A DNA stretch of 64,000 nt from Azolla caroliniana. Its lineage: Eukaryota; Plantae; Polypodiophyta. The notes below the pieces were generated by a model. It made no database searches. It was not told the origin of the DNA and saw only the letters and a program-made list of their open reading frames with translations. Positions 15,011-28,091 of this stretch are shown one piece after another. Position 1 is the stretch's first letter, and every line of letters begins with the position of its first letter. The stretch is taken from NCBI GenBank assembly GCA_043228905.1, contig JBHGNT010000009.1, forward strand, positions 21,514,001 through 21,578,000, given 5' to 3'. Position numbers and translations under genes: made by a program.

Positions 15011-15321
15011 GCCTTTATCTGTTTAACAATTTTCGGTTTTTAGGGTTTGAAATCACGCTTCAAACTGTTTAAAAAATAATTTCTACCATTTTAAAATAAA
15101 AATGTGCAATTTTGAATTAAAACCTAACTTGAAAACCAAAAACAAACCGTGGTTTTAACAGTTCAAAGGTTTGAAAGTCTCTAAAACCATTTGGTTTGAG
15201 CTTAATTTTTTTGTAACGGTTTCAATTTAAATGGTTTTGTGGTTCGGTTTAAGTTTCAATTTTCTTTTAAACAATTTGAGTTTGACATTCTTCAACCGAA
15301 CCAAACCGTTGTCAATTGTTA
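14887..15321. mobile_element. hAT-type MITE (435 bp)
   Basis: Imperfect TIRs TAACAATTGGTAATGGTT / AACCGTTGTCAATTGTTA; 8-bp TSD CATGGCCC / CATTGCCC (1 mismatch); many AACCG/CGGTT subterminal motifs. Confidence 0.78.
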
Positions 15322-15602
15322 CATTGCCCTTCCCATGTGGACTTGGACATTCTCTTCTTGGTTTCCTTCTTCCTTCCTCTTCTTCTTCTTCTTCTTCTTC
15401 TTCTACTTCATTGACATGGTGGGGTTGCGCTATTTTATTGACCCACTCGAATTTGGTGTTTGAACGCTAACACTATTTCATGGTTCTACTACATCACATT
15501 GGGATGTGTAGAGTGTTTGACAACCCATCGGTCCTCCCCTCTCGCCTATTGCCGGAACGGTAATTATCTCTTATGATGCGGCAAACAAGCAAGACTTCTT
15601 TT

Positions 15603-15649
<47 letters not shown>

Positions 15650-17304
15650 GGTTGGATCTCTTGTGATTGAACCTCAACTCATTGAATGAATGGGATGAGA
15701 ACATGATAGAGTTGTGGCGGCAAGCAAGAACTTGGCCCAAACAAACATCGCATTGATGATCATCTTGTTTGTGTTCTAGGTTGTAATTAGGGTCGGCTTA
15801 AATGTCAACCACACCACTATCCTTTTGTATATTTGAAGAAGGTTTTCTCCAGAATGGGAAAGAATATTTTGGTCTCCTAGGTCAAAACTGGCCTCTTTAT
15901 GGACGATAAAAATTCTAATTCTAATTCTAATAGTAGAACTTGAGAATACCAATATACATGTAAATGACAATCCCCAAGTTATACCATCAAGTAAAAAGGT
16001 TGATATAAGCTTCTCTAGAGAGTTCATGGGCATCATGTGTAGGAAACGAAACCACCCTTGGGCACTTGATATATTTGGTGCATGTATTGACCAACTAGAA
16101 GAGTTTATCCAATGACCTTAACGAGAACACGTGAAAAAACAATGAGCAATTACAACTTTGCTTTGATGTATACAAACAAGGTTGCAACTTTGGCACATGC
16201 TTGGCAAAGAGGATAAAAGCTTTTTAGGTACTCTACATCTTTCCCTAACCTATTGACCTAGTAGTCAATGTGGTTGAGACCAATGTCATTGGAAGCCTTG
16301 CATACAAAATGGAGAAGAACCTACTATAAATCTAAGCAGTCGCATAATCACATTAATTCTCAACATTGGGAAAATTACTAATAGTGATTGTGGATGATGT
16401 TCACATCCAAACACCAGTGTCCAAGAAAAGAAGACATGCCATCATAGTGGTGCACTCACAATCACATACATTGAAAATAGAAATCAAGGGTTGGCTGAAA
16501 ATGAATAGAAAAAGAGAATATGTTACCTAAATATATTAGAAACAAATTGGAATGATTCAATATGGGAACCGCAAGCATGATTTTTCAACAATAAGATTGT
16601 ACCAACTTTTAGAACTAACAATGATAAAACCATCGTTGACAACATATGGCATGCTCTTTGTTTGTCTATGTTCAAATATTACGTTTTGTATTACCATTTA
16701 AAAATCCCCCACTACACTAGTGGGAAGTGTGTTTCGAAACAAATGTCAGTCCCCTCTAGATATATATCATCATCATCTCTATGATGACACTGATGCTTCT
16801 TAATGGGTTTGAAGTACGAGGCAATAATATCCCCAATCTACTTGGAAAGAGTTTGAAGAAGTTTGAAAGTGTTGAAATCATGCCAAAAATGCCATACATG
16901 CTATTGCTTCTTGAGAACATCACTCCTTATCGAGATCAAAGCCATGGAAAGAGTTATGGTTAAGTACATGTTGTATGCTTCACAACTCAAGAATGATATT
17001 GACATTGGTAGGAGGAACCAAGGATGTGAATCTAGGTGCAAGATATGAACACACAAAAGAAAAGCTAGAATCTAAAACCTTGTGGCCGCACTAGTGTAAA
17101 AAGGGCCAAACATTGTAAAATACTATAAAGGTGATTTTTGTACTTTTTTTTTAATTTCTTCCTAATTCCCAAGACTTAAGCTAGAGTCATGAAATTGGAA
17201 TCCAAGTTCAATCATTGCCATGGGCTAGGCCCAGTCTCCTTGATCACAATTGGTCTCTTATGGACATTAAAAAATCTCTATGTGTACGTGCACGTGTGTT
17301 CTCT

Positions 17305-17335
<31 letters not shown>

Positions 17336-19877
17336 TGAGTGAGTGATTAGATTAGATACTTTTTAGCATCCATAGTGAGGCCAATATTGACCCATGGAAC
17401 CTAAGTACACAAGTTTTCTTTATTTGCATTTCCTTCATAAGAAGGGATATTCATATTTCGAAGCATAAAGTCTCAATGTGTGAATAAGGCAAACACATAT
17501 TAGCTCAACCTTCTAGGTGCTCTTTCGAATGACACTCAAGTCATCACCTGCTCTTAATATATCATCATAACGAAATCCATTATATGCAGAGCATGTAAAA
17601 AGCAAGTGATACAATCCTCTACAATTAGCCCTTCCTCACATAGTATGATATACGCATTTATATTTGATGGTTTTTTATGTCATAATGCAACTTCAATAAC
17701 TACCTTGTGTGATCACATGTGAAGGAGTGGCAGGGCTCTACAAGAGTTAATAGTCATGTTGGTAGTAATGAGATAGGTTGAATATGATCGAGATGCCTTC
17801 TTGCCTTATATTGAGCCCAACATCTAGGTTTGATATTTGCAATGTAATATTCCCACTTCTTCCTTAGTGGTCTCGTTAGCTACATATTTCATAGCATCAC
17901 TTGAAAGCTCTAAGAGATCTCAAAGCATACACCATTTTCCAAGCATCGTGAAGCCTAGACTCAAAGGATACACCATTTATTTGTGACAAGTACATTGATA
18001 CCAAGATACTTAAAGCTTTGTACAAATTCTACATGTTCTCCCTTATATGTAAGCATAGGGTATCAGTGAGGTTGGATTGTTAATCCACTACTTTCACAAA
18101 ATGCTTCTAATGGGGCGAGAGAGAGAGAGAGAGAGAGAGAGAATGTATGTATGTATGTGTGTTGAAGATGGAACGAGGTAGAATGAGAGAGTTGAAGAGA
18201 TATAGAATTGATCATAACTTATAAGATAATGTAAGTAGAGTAACTTTATTGAGAGTAAAAGAATAATTAAAGGTATGGTAGGACTAGGGAGCTAAAGACT
18301 ACAGTTGAACGAAAATACTTATATCTTGATCAAGAACCCCTTCTAAATAAAGTTCTCCTTGAAACGTATGAAAGCCAATAATTTGGCACACGTGCATGAA
18401 AACCTTGGGATGCATGCATGCCATATGTCCATTCATGAGTCATAACTAATCATGTGTGCATGTAGAGTCATAACTCATGAAATATGACTTCAATTTCCTA
18501 ATGGTTTGAAGTTATTGCATGCTCCACGAAACCACGGGTTCAAGTCTCTACATGACACATCATGGTAATCATGACAAGTAGTATTAACTAAATCCTAGCT
18601 CTCCAACCACTTCCTATAACCAATGAAGCATCTTTCTTAGGGTTATTTTTTATGTCAAGTAAAAATTATGTCAAGAAAACCTCTATCCATGAAATCTAAT
18701 GTATTGGGAATCTTGAAAGAATATTGCAACTTATGCAAATGTTCATTCAATTTATTTCCCAACTAGTGATGGTTTTGTAACGTCAACTTTTGTTCGAAAG
18801 AAAAGATTGTAGCAAATACATTGGATGCTAAGATGCCCAAAAATAAAGCTCAATATGAATCATTCAAGTATCATAACAATCAAAGAAGGAAGAAACTAGA
18901 GATGTTTTTCACAAAAGTCAAAAAATCACGTTGTGCATACGAAGATAGATAAAAAGCTCATAACTTCTTCATCCGATATCAAAATTTCAAAAGAAAAAAA
19001 TCATTAAAAAGTTGACAAAGAGAGCTTTCTAAAACATATCTTGTATGCAAAAATTGGAGCTATCAAGAAAAAATAGTGATAAAAAAACGCCTCACATAGA
19101 CTCAAATATATCTATATAAAAAAAGCAAGAATAGCCTATGAATAACGCAACCCCAAGCTTATAAATTGGAGATTCTTAGCCATGAGGGGAGAGAAAAGGA
19201 AGGATAGGAGTTTAGAAGAAGTGAGAAGAATAGAAGAAAGAGGGAGATGAAGGAAGGAATTTTATGAGTTTGAGTGATTGTAAATCAAGTAGTTCTTTCA
19301 TGTTGGGCTTGTATTTGGAGTTAATGAGTTTGTATTGTTTCCATGATAGTATATTGTAGCTTTGTTTTCTCTTCTTCTTCTCTTCTTTATCTTTTCTCTA
19401 TATATCTTCATCATTTTGGCGATCTAGAGAAGGTAATTTCTTTTTGTATCATTGGAGAGGCTTGTTTTTAGCCAATATGGCTTTTCAATTTGCTTTTCTA
19501 GGTGATAGGGTCTAAGATGTGGGAGCTTACTTGGCTGCCTTCGAACTGCATGTAGTATCAATAGGGAAGATGATGGATATGGAGAAGCTTCATTTATTGG
19601 TGGCCACTTTCTATGGAAGAGCAAGGGATTGGTATGATTCCTTGCAATTGAACCAACAAGTAACTTACCAACTATTGGGTGCAACACATTAAAGCAAAGT
19701 ATATTCAACGTCGTAATGCAACAGAAGTGTGGGAGGAACTCTTTTGCTATGAATATCCTCAACAAAGTATATTGATTACAAGAGGGAGTTTATTGGCCTT
19801 TGGACTATGTGAATTCAATTACGTCGTGGAATAGAGGATGAATGGTTTAAGATGGACCGTTTCAAATTTGGATTAAG

Positions 19878-22761
19878 TGTTGAGCGGCAAGCTCAACCGG
19901 AGCCGGATCGGCTGAATAAGCCGGAGCCGGTATTCCGGAGCCGATAAGCAAGACGGATCGGGCGAAACGGATCGGTATGACGGTGAGCAACCGAACCGGC
20001 AAGCAGTGGAAGCCGGGTGCAATCCGTAACCGGAAGTCCAATCGGAAGCCTAGTATAGGATAGACTACTAGGTAGCTATAGTCTCGTAGTAAGTGTCAGA
20101 TGCTCGTGTGAGCATTGAAGTACATGGTACTTTTGTCAGTCCCAAGAGGACTTGTATAAATAGTGCTACTTAGCACAGTGTGTGTACAGAGTTTGAAAAT
20201 AATTTTGAAATTACGTTCTGCTCTCTCTATCTCTCTCTGTCTCTCTGTCTCTCTCTGTGTTGTTCTCTGTTTTACGCTTCCGCAAACACTCACATTTTCA
20301 TGGTATCAGAGCGCGAGGGTTGAGAACCTCTGTTGTAGACATTTACTCTTGAGAAGAAAACCCTAACAGGTCGAAAACAGACACAGTAGAAGACATGGAT
20401 AGAGGCTTGGCTACGTCGCTCCCGGTGGAGAAGCTCGACAGGAGCAACTACGCATCCTGGTCTTACAAGATGCACCAGTACCTGCTTGGACATGGGTACT
20501 GGAGTTATGTCGAAGGAGCGAATGATGCGGCGCCCGACTCGGCACACAAGGACTTCCCGGTATGGGAACAGGCGGCAAGCAGGGTGATGTACTGCTTCAC
20601 GTCCAGTGTCGGCAATCAGCTGCTCAGCCACATCCGTGACGCCAAGACACTGAAGGATGCTTGGGGGAACCTGAAAAAGGTTTTCGCCGCAAGCACCACT
20701 GCCCAGAAGTTGCAACTCAGACAGGAGTTGAGCAATGTTCGACAGAAGAACATGTCCGTGGCAGACTACACGGGCCGGATAAAGGAGATCTACGACTCGC
20801 TCACCTCTATCAATGTTACCGTAGAGGAAGACGAGATGGTGCAGGTATGTCTCGGAGGCCTGGCGTCCAAGTTCGGAGCGTTCCGGACTGCGGTGTGTAC
20901 AAGGGAGAATACCCCCTCATTCTTCGACTTACATTCGATGCTCCTTGTAGAGGAGAACCACGCCGGTGCATCTACCAGTGCATCCCTGGACAGCCGAATG
21001 ATGTACACGGGAACGGATCGGCTCCATGGGCGTGGTGGAAGAGGTGGGTCGGCACGCAGTGGAGGCGGCCGGCAAGAGCAGGAACGAAGGCACTATGAGC
21101 GTGCCGACAGCAGTTCTGGGACTTCCACAAGCAGGGGGAGTCAAGGTGGTGCCGGAGGCCGGCAAGACAAATCTGCTACGGAATGCTGGTACTATGGCAA
21201 AAAAGGCCACAGGGAAAGCAAGTGTTGGAGAAAGCGTGCTGATTCGGACAAATCCGGATCCGGCAAGACCGGTAAGGATGGCCGGCAAAACTCGCACTAC
21301 GCAAACGGATCAGGAGGATCCGGAACCGGAAAGGCCGGTAAGGGGCCAGCCTTGGTGATGAATCACAAGGCAAACTCAATGAAGAAGACCACTTCCAAAA
21401 CGGAGGAAGTGTGGTATGTTGATTCCGGTGCGTCAAACCACATGACGAGCCACAAAGAGTGGTTCTCCTTTCTGGAGAAACCGGATCGACCAGGAGTAGT
21501 CGAAACCGGAGACGACACTCCTCACCCAATCGTGCACGTCGGAGAAGTCCCTCTAAGCCACGTCGGACAGAAAGGGAAGCTGATGAACGTATTACACGTT
21601 CCGACAATCACGAAGAACCTGGTGTCCATCGGTCAGATTGTCGACCAGGGGATGCAGGTGCGGTTTACGCACCTCGGGTGCTTCATTGAGAAGCAAGGGC
21701 AAAGTCTCTACCGAAACGGGCAAAGGCCAAAAAATTGTTGAACCCGTTGGTAAGAGGAGAGCCGGAAGAAGAGGAGACAAGAAGATGAAGGAAGCCGAGT
21801 CAACGAAGGAAGTCGACATATCCGAATAGGTCGGAGCAAGCGGCTGTGAAGAAGAGTTGTGCACTCAGGAAGAGAAGTGTATGTTGTGCGGAGGTCATCA
21901 CGACGGTACTGACCATGATGCGGAGTCGAATGAAGAATTCGATTTCGATTCACCGGCTGAAGAAGTCGAGGGAAGCATGGAGAAGGCCAAGACTCGGATG
22001 TGGTCCGATGTGGTGAGAGGCCTGAAGCCGGAAGTCGAATCGGAGTGTACCGATTCGGACAAGAGCTGGAACGAATCAGAGACAGCTGACTCGGATCAAC
22101 AGATGGACCCGGATGAGTCGGATCGACTGAAGGCCAAGGGGACACAGACACAGCGGAAGTCGATGCCATCGTGGGAGAACCGACGGATCGGCAAGCCCCG
22201 GAGTCACAGCAACGTGAGTGCTGAGATGGGGCTATTGAGCAGACATGCCGACCGAGAGGGTCGAGGCGCGCAGAACCAAAGGGGTCGCGGCAAACGGGAC
22301 CGGACCGGACGAGGAGCGCGAGCAAGGCGGAGTGACGCCAAGAGAAGTCGGTTGGGAGAACCGACTGCCACAGAGGTCGACACTACGACCCCACCTCAGG
22401 TTGAGCTTGAGGGGGAGTGTTGAGCGGCAAGCTCAACCGGAGCCGGATCGGCTGAATAAGCCGGAGCCGGTATTCCGGAGCCGATAAGCAAGACGGATCG
22501 GGCGAAACGGATCGGTATGACGGTGAGCAACCGAACCGGCAAGCAGTGGAGGCCGGGTGTAATCCGTAACCGGAAGTCCAATCGGAAGCCTAGTATAGGA
22601 TAGACTACTAGGTAGCTATAGTCTCGTAGTAAGTGTCAGATGCTCGTGTGAGCATTGAAGTACATGGTACTTTTGTCAGTCCCAAGAGGACTTGTATAAA
22701 TAGTGCTACTTAGCACAGTGTGTGTACAGAGTCTGAAAATAATTTTGAAATTACGTTCTGC

Positions 22762-22803
<42 letters not shown>

Positions 22804-22842
22804 GTTCTCTGTTTTATGCTTCCGCAAACACTCACGTTTTCA
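19878..22842 (+). mobile_element. Non-autonomous Ty1/Copia LTR retrotransposon (TR-GAG-like, 2965 bp)
   Basis: LTRs at 19878-20300 and 22418-22842 (TG...CA); TSD TTAAG on both sides; PBS TGGTATCAGAGC at 20301; PPT GAGGGGGAG at 22409-22417. No integrase, RT or RNase H motifs. Confidence 0.96.
20395..21741 (+). CDS. Copia Gag + aspartic protease (448 aa), truncated before integrase
   Basis: KLDRSNYASW gag start, UBN2-like region, degenerate zinc knuckle CWYYGKKGHRESKC, protease WYVDSGASNHMT...LHVPTITKNLVSIGQ. Recognisable homology ends after CFIE. Confidence 0.9.
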   Translation: MDRGLATSLPVEKLDRSNYASWSYKMHQYLLGHGYWSYVEGANDAAPDSAHKDFPVWEQAASRVMYCFTSSVGNQLLSHIRDAKTLKDAWGNLKKVFAASTTAQKLQLRQELSNVRQKNMSVADYTGRIKEIYDSLTSINVTVEEDEMVQVCLGGLASKFGAFRTAVCTRENTPSFFDLHSMLLVEENHAGASTSASLDSRMMYTGTDRLHGRGGRGGSARSGGGRQEQERRHYERADSSSGTSTSRGSQGGAGGRQDKSATECWYYGKKGHRESKCWRKRADSDKSGSGKTGKDGRQNSHYANGSGGSGTGKAGKGPALVMNHKANSMKKTTSKTEEVWYVDSGASNHMTSHKEWFSFLEKPDRPGVVETGDDTPHPIVHVGEVPLSHVGQKGKLMNVLHVPTITKNLVSIGQIVDQGMQVRFTHLGCFIEKQGQSLYRNGQRPKNC

Positions 22843-25800
22843 TTAAGTCCGCAATTTGCATTGGAGACACAACTTTAGATTTGCCTCAAATTCAAAGTGC
22901 GGACATCTAGCTTTGAGGCGGTCCCTCCTAAACTAATCATCCTCCGTTCCACTACATAATCAAATCCACGTAGTTCAAAGGTCAATAAACTCCCTCTTGT
23001 AATCGGTATACTTTGTTGAGGACATTCATAAGTGAAAGAGTTCCTCCCGCACTTTCGTTGCATTATGACGTCAAATATACTTTGCTTTAACTTGTTGGTT
23101 AGGTTGCAAGGACTCATACCAATCCCTTGCTCTTCCATAGAAAGTGGCCACCAATGAAGTAAACTTCTCGATTTCTGTCACCTTCCCTATTGATATTGTA
23201 TGTTGTTCGAAGGTGGCCAAGAAAGCTCCCACATCTTAGACCCATCACCTGCAAAAGCAAATTGAAAAGACATATTGGCTAAAAACAAGCCCCTCCAATG
23301 ATTCGGAAAGAATCTTCCTTCCTGAGAGCGCCAAAACGATGAAGAAATATAGAGAAAAGATAGAGAAGAGAAGAAGAAGAGAAAACAAAATTACAATATA
23401 CTATTATGGAAACAATACAAATTCGTTAGACTCCAAATACAAGCACAAGACCAAAGAACTACTTGATTTACAATCACTCCTTCATCTCCTTCTTTCTTCT
23501 ACTATGCCTCTTCTCACTTTTCTCAACTCTTTTCTCTCCCCTCATGCGAAGAATCCTCTCCTATTTATAGGTTTTTGGTTGTGTTATTCATAGGCTATTC
23601 TTGCTTTTTTTAAATATAGATATACCTAAGTCTATGTGAGGTGTTTTTTTATCACTATTTTTCCTCTGTAGCTCCAATATTCGCATACAATATATTTTTA
23701 GAAAGCTCTCTTTGTTAGCTTTTTAATGAATCTTTTCATTTGCTATTTGGATATCGAATGAAAACGTTAAGAGCTTTTTATCTATATTTGTATCCACAAC
23801 CTACTTTTTTTACTTTTTGGCATTTTTGAAAGACGCCTCTATCTTTATTCATTGAAGTTCATTCCATTCATTGATTGTTATGATACTTGAATCCTACATA
23901 TCGATCTTTATTCTTGGGCATCTTAGCATTCAATGTCTTGGCTACAATCTTTTCTTTCGAAAAAAACTTTAGTGGAGACACCAGTGGGTTATTTGAAGGA
24001 ACACCTTATTAGGACCAACCACAAAACTAGGGCCCTAACGACCCTAGATCAAAGCACGAACAATTATGCTAGAATAAAGAAGTGAAACTCTAATGGGTAC
24101 ACAAGAGGGACTCATGTTATATGCCAACAATCATTTCCCCCTCTATGTTACCCAAACAAATAACCCCTCAAAGTGAACATCAACAATTGAGTGGGTCAAT
24201 GCACAGGGGGTCATAAGCAAAGGGGGAGAAAGGTGCACCAAATCCACATGGTATATTTTGGAAATGAGTGACAATGGCCCAAGGGTGGTATGAGGATGTA
24301 ATCCATTTTTGGGTTCTTAAAACACAACTACTTGCACAACACAACTAAACATGATAGCTCTAGGGTAGTAAATGCTACCAACCCTCACAAGGATATTGGG
24401 CCCACTCATGTGTAGTAAGCCTTTTAGCCCAAGGGTGGTAAAGGTAGATGAAACACTCAACTAGTTTTGACAAAAATAAAAGACCATTGACCTCTCGTGC
24501 ATTGACCCAAAGCTACCATAACAACGTAGCACATAGTAAATAGAAACAGTTAGCCCAATGTGTGGGTGGCCAAATGTGCTAGATTTCCTATAAGGAACCA
24601 AGGTAAACAATGACTAGTGAAAGAGTACCTCAACCTTCACCAACTTTCTAAACAAGGGTCAACACCGACTGTAAATGCTTGCTTTCTAAAGTCATCCCCA
24701 TGTCAAGATGTTTCCACTTGAGCACTTGTAGACCCTTCCAATCACAGTAACAAAGAGGATGTCACAAACAAATGATTGACTACCGTTGACACTTTCAACT
24801 CTAAGAATGTCAAGCTTTGCAACTTAGTGAAATCTTAGGATCATCACCTTGGAGCATATTAGGTGTTGCATTTTTCAAACTATTATTCCATGGAACAATG
24901 TTAGTCTTAATTTTTTTGCCTCTATTTTCCCAATTTTAGTTCATTGCTTATACATTTGTATTTTTATCCTAATTACAATGTTCCCGTATTTCTATTTGCT
25001 CACCTTCCTATTTTCTTTTTTAAAGTTTGCTGTGCCCGAATTTTTTCATTCCTTTTTCACATTATCCCTACTTTTTCTTCCTATTTCATTTCTGCCTTAA
25101 CTTTTGGCATCCTCCCACTTTTCCCTAATCATTGTTTACCCACCTCTTGACAAAACCATCTTCTCCAAAGAAGAAAATCGCACTCACCTATCCATGCTAG
25201 AACCCATCCCTATGTATCCATCATCCACACCATAATACTTAGCTTACAATCTCTTCCATGTTCACATTCTATTCAATGTGGGATCGGGCATTGGGGAACA
25301 ACTGGGGAGATTCATTGATTATGCATATGTTGCCCCCAAACAAGTTTGTTAGACAAGTATCACACATTGATTCAATGTTTTGCCTTCAAACACATTTACG
25401 TTTGCATTTCACATTGCCAATGTGGACCACTCCCTACACATGTTCATAGTCACAATGTGCATCCTTAATTGCAATGTTCATTAGTAAAACTCTTGAACAT
25501 CAAGAGTCACTCCTCAATTCCAAATGTACCATGTGAAAATGATTCACTTTTGGTTTTCATAAATCCCTAATCTCATTTTGGGACATAATCACATATGCTG
25601 AGCTTTTGTTATTTTTGATAATGCCTAACCCAATCTCTGGTTGTACATTATAACTACTTAAACATTGGGAGTCCTATAGTACAAAAACATCATTATAGAT
25701 GTGAGTATTGCATCATTCCTCCAACGTGGCAGACATGGTATGGTGGCTCAATCATACAAAGCACAATATTCTAGCTCATTTTTTAGGTTAAGAGTATGAA

Positions 25801-26259
25801 GATCTCGACTGTGGTTGAGAGTTTATAACCATTCTCAAGATTTTCAAGAGGAAATGGATGTTAGATACTCCATGGAACCTCTTTTTTATAACCAACTTTT
25901 AAATGCCATGATTCTGTAACATTGGCTGAAATCAGGACACCTGGAAAGCAAAATTGATTTGAATTTCATGCTTTATCCAGAGGGACAATTTATTCACGAT
26001 CCAAGAAGTTCGGCAGAAAAATCACTACTCCAACCTTGTTGTGTCCTGACATTTCTTTCAACTCCCCAGACCTATAATTGTAGCAACACAAAATGCAAGC
26101 CTTCGAATATCTCATCTCATAGTCAATGGAATTTATGGTTTTTATGAGGTGAGACCCTCTTTGATTCGAATGTTTTGGCAATCTAATGATGGTATCATAT
26201 AGATTATGCTACATTGCATAATGAATAAGTTTGTTCCATTATAACCATGGCATTATACC

Positions 26260-28057
26260 TCAAGCTGAAGCCTCTTGTAAGTCACCTATATCCTCTGACT
26301 CACCCATTTCTGAATAAAAATTCAGCAATGCAACACACGGTGCAGGGTCCTTTGGATCCAGACTAACACAACATTTGGCCGCTCGAACTCCTCGATCAAT
26401 ATCACCGTGTGTTTTTGATGCACCAAGCAAGCATAGCCATGCCATTGGCAAATCTGAAAGTGAGGGAATACTTTTTATTAAGATTTCTGCTTCTTCTAAA
26501 TGTCCAGCCCTTCCAAGAAGATCAATTACACACACATAATGATCCTTTGTGTATCCCATGCCATAATAATGGTTCATAGACGTAAACACATAGCTGCCAT
26601 TTTGAACATGACCTCCATGACTACATGCACTGAGAATAGAAAGATACGTAACATCGTCTGGTTTTATGCCTTCTACTTGCATCCGGTCAAATAAAATGAA
26701 GGCTTCCTTACAATGCCCATTCAAGGCGAATGTTCCAATCATGGTATTCCATGACAGAATGTTCTTAAACGGCATCCTCTCAAAAACTTTCTTTGACTCA
26801 AGTGGACATCCACATTTTCCAAACATGTTAACTAAGTTATTACTTATGACAATATCATTCTCCAACACCATCTCAAGGATCGCACTGTGAATAACTTGTC
26901 CATCGTCCAAGTTGGCCAAATTTGCACATGCATCTACAGCACAAATAAAAGTGATCGCATCTGGATGGAAGCCCTTACATATCATTTGATAAAAGAGATG
27001 AAGAGCCTCATCATTTTTGTGATTTTGGGCATAAGAAGAGATCATTACTGTCCATGTCACGGCGTCCTGATGAGACATCTTTCCAAAAATCCATCGAGCA
27101 TCACTGAGACTCCCACACTTACCATACATATCGACAAGGGCTGAACATATAACATGATTATTTTCAAGTTGAAGTTCAACCACCGCAGAGTGTATCTCTT
27201 TCCCTTCATTAACCACCCCGAAGCTAGAACAAGCATTCAAAGCACAAACATAAGTCACTACATCTGCTTTGATTCCTCGATGCAACATCATATAGAATAC
27301 ACCCAAAGCCTCCTTGCCTAGATCATTGTGAGAGAAAGACGCCATCATTGCTGTCCAAGCTACATCATCAGGGCAAGGCATCTTTCTAAACACAACAATT
27401 GCTAATGAAGAATGTCCACATTTGCCATACATGTTAACAAGGGCGGTTCCAACCAATAAGTCATGCTCACAACCAACACTTATAATAAGGACATGGATTA
27501 TCTTTCCCATGTGAAGATTCAGGAGGCCCGTGCAAGCGTCGATGACAGATACAAATGTGAATTTGTCAGGTTGTATACCCTCTGCTATCATTTGAACAAA
27601 GAAATGAAAAGCATCATGGAAACAATCCTTAGGTCTCAGTGCAGCCGAAATCATAGCATTCCAAGATACCACATTTCGATATGGTATCATACCAAATACG
27701 AATTTAGTATCATCTAAACAACCATGTTGGCTGACAAGCTTTATTAACGTATTCCATGAACATACATCCGGATGTGGTATCCTTTCAAATACTGACCTTG
27801 CATCTGCCAGACTTCCATGCTTACCATAACCATGGAGCAACACATTCCATGAGTATACATTTGGATGAAGTAATGAATCAAAGATGTTCTGGGCTTCTTT
27901 TAAGCTTCCACAGCTTCCGTACATATCAACGAGGAGATTTTGAAGGAATTGATCATGGTCGAAACAAGTGGACCTAAGTAAGAAATCGTGTAAGATCCTA
28001 CCAGAAGACAGAGACTTGGTCTTACCATAATGCTTCAACAGGGAGATCAAGTGAGAG

Positions 28058-28091
<34 letters not shown>

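Larger units (their letters stand above)
18776..23980. repeat. Long inverted repeat (~1.1-kb arms, almost no spacer) of a Gypsy-like LTR-PBS-gag fragment, interrupted by an LTR element
   Basis: 18788-19877 plus 22848-22870 is the reverse complement of ~22878-23966. Both arms encode gag-like VATFYGRARDWY(D/E)SLQ and carry a TGGCG PBS-like site (19417; 23333 on the minus strand). Confidence 0.9.

Noticed and set aside
17400-18110. Possible decayed Copia RT/RNase H on the minus strand
   Set aside because: Only vague similarity; no intact diagnostic motif.
20290-22581. Multiple antisense and alternate-frame ORFs within the LTR element (also within 47597-53372)
   Set aside because: Expected shadow ORFs of GC-rich retroelement coding sequence.
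24850-25750. Possible minus-strand LINE remnant
   Set aside because: Purine-skewed, with no unambiguous RT or zf-RVT motif.
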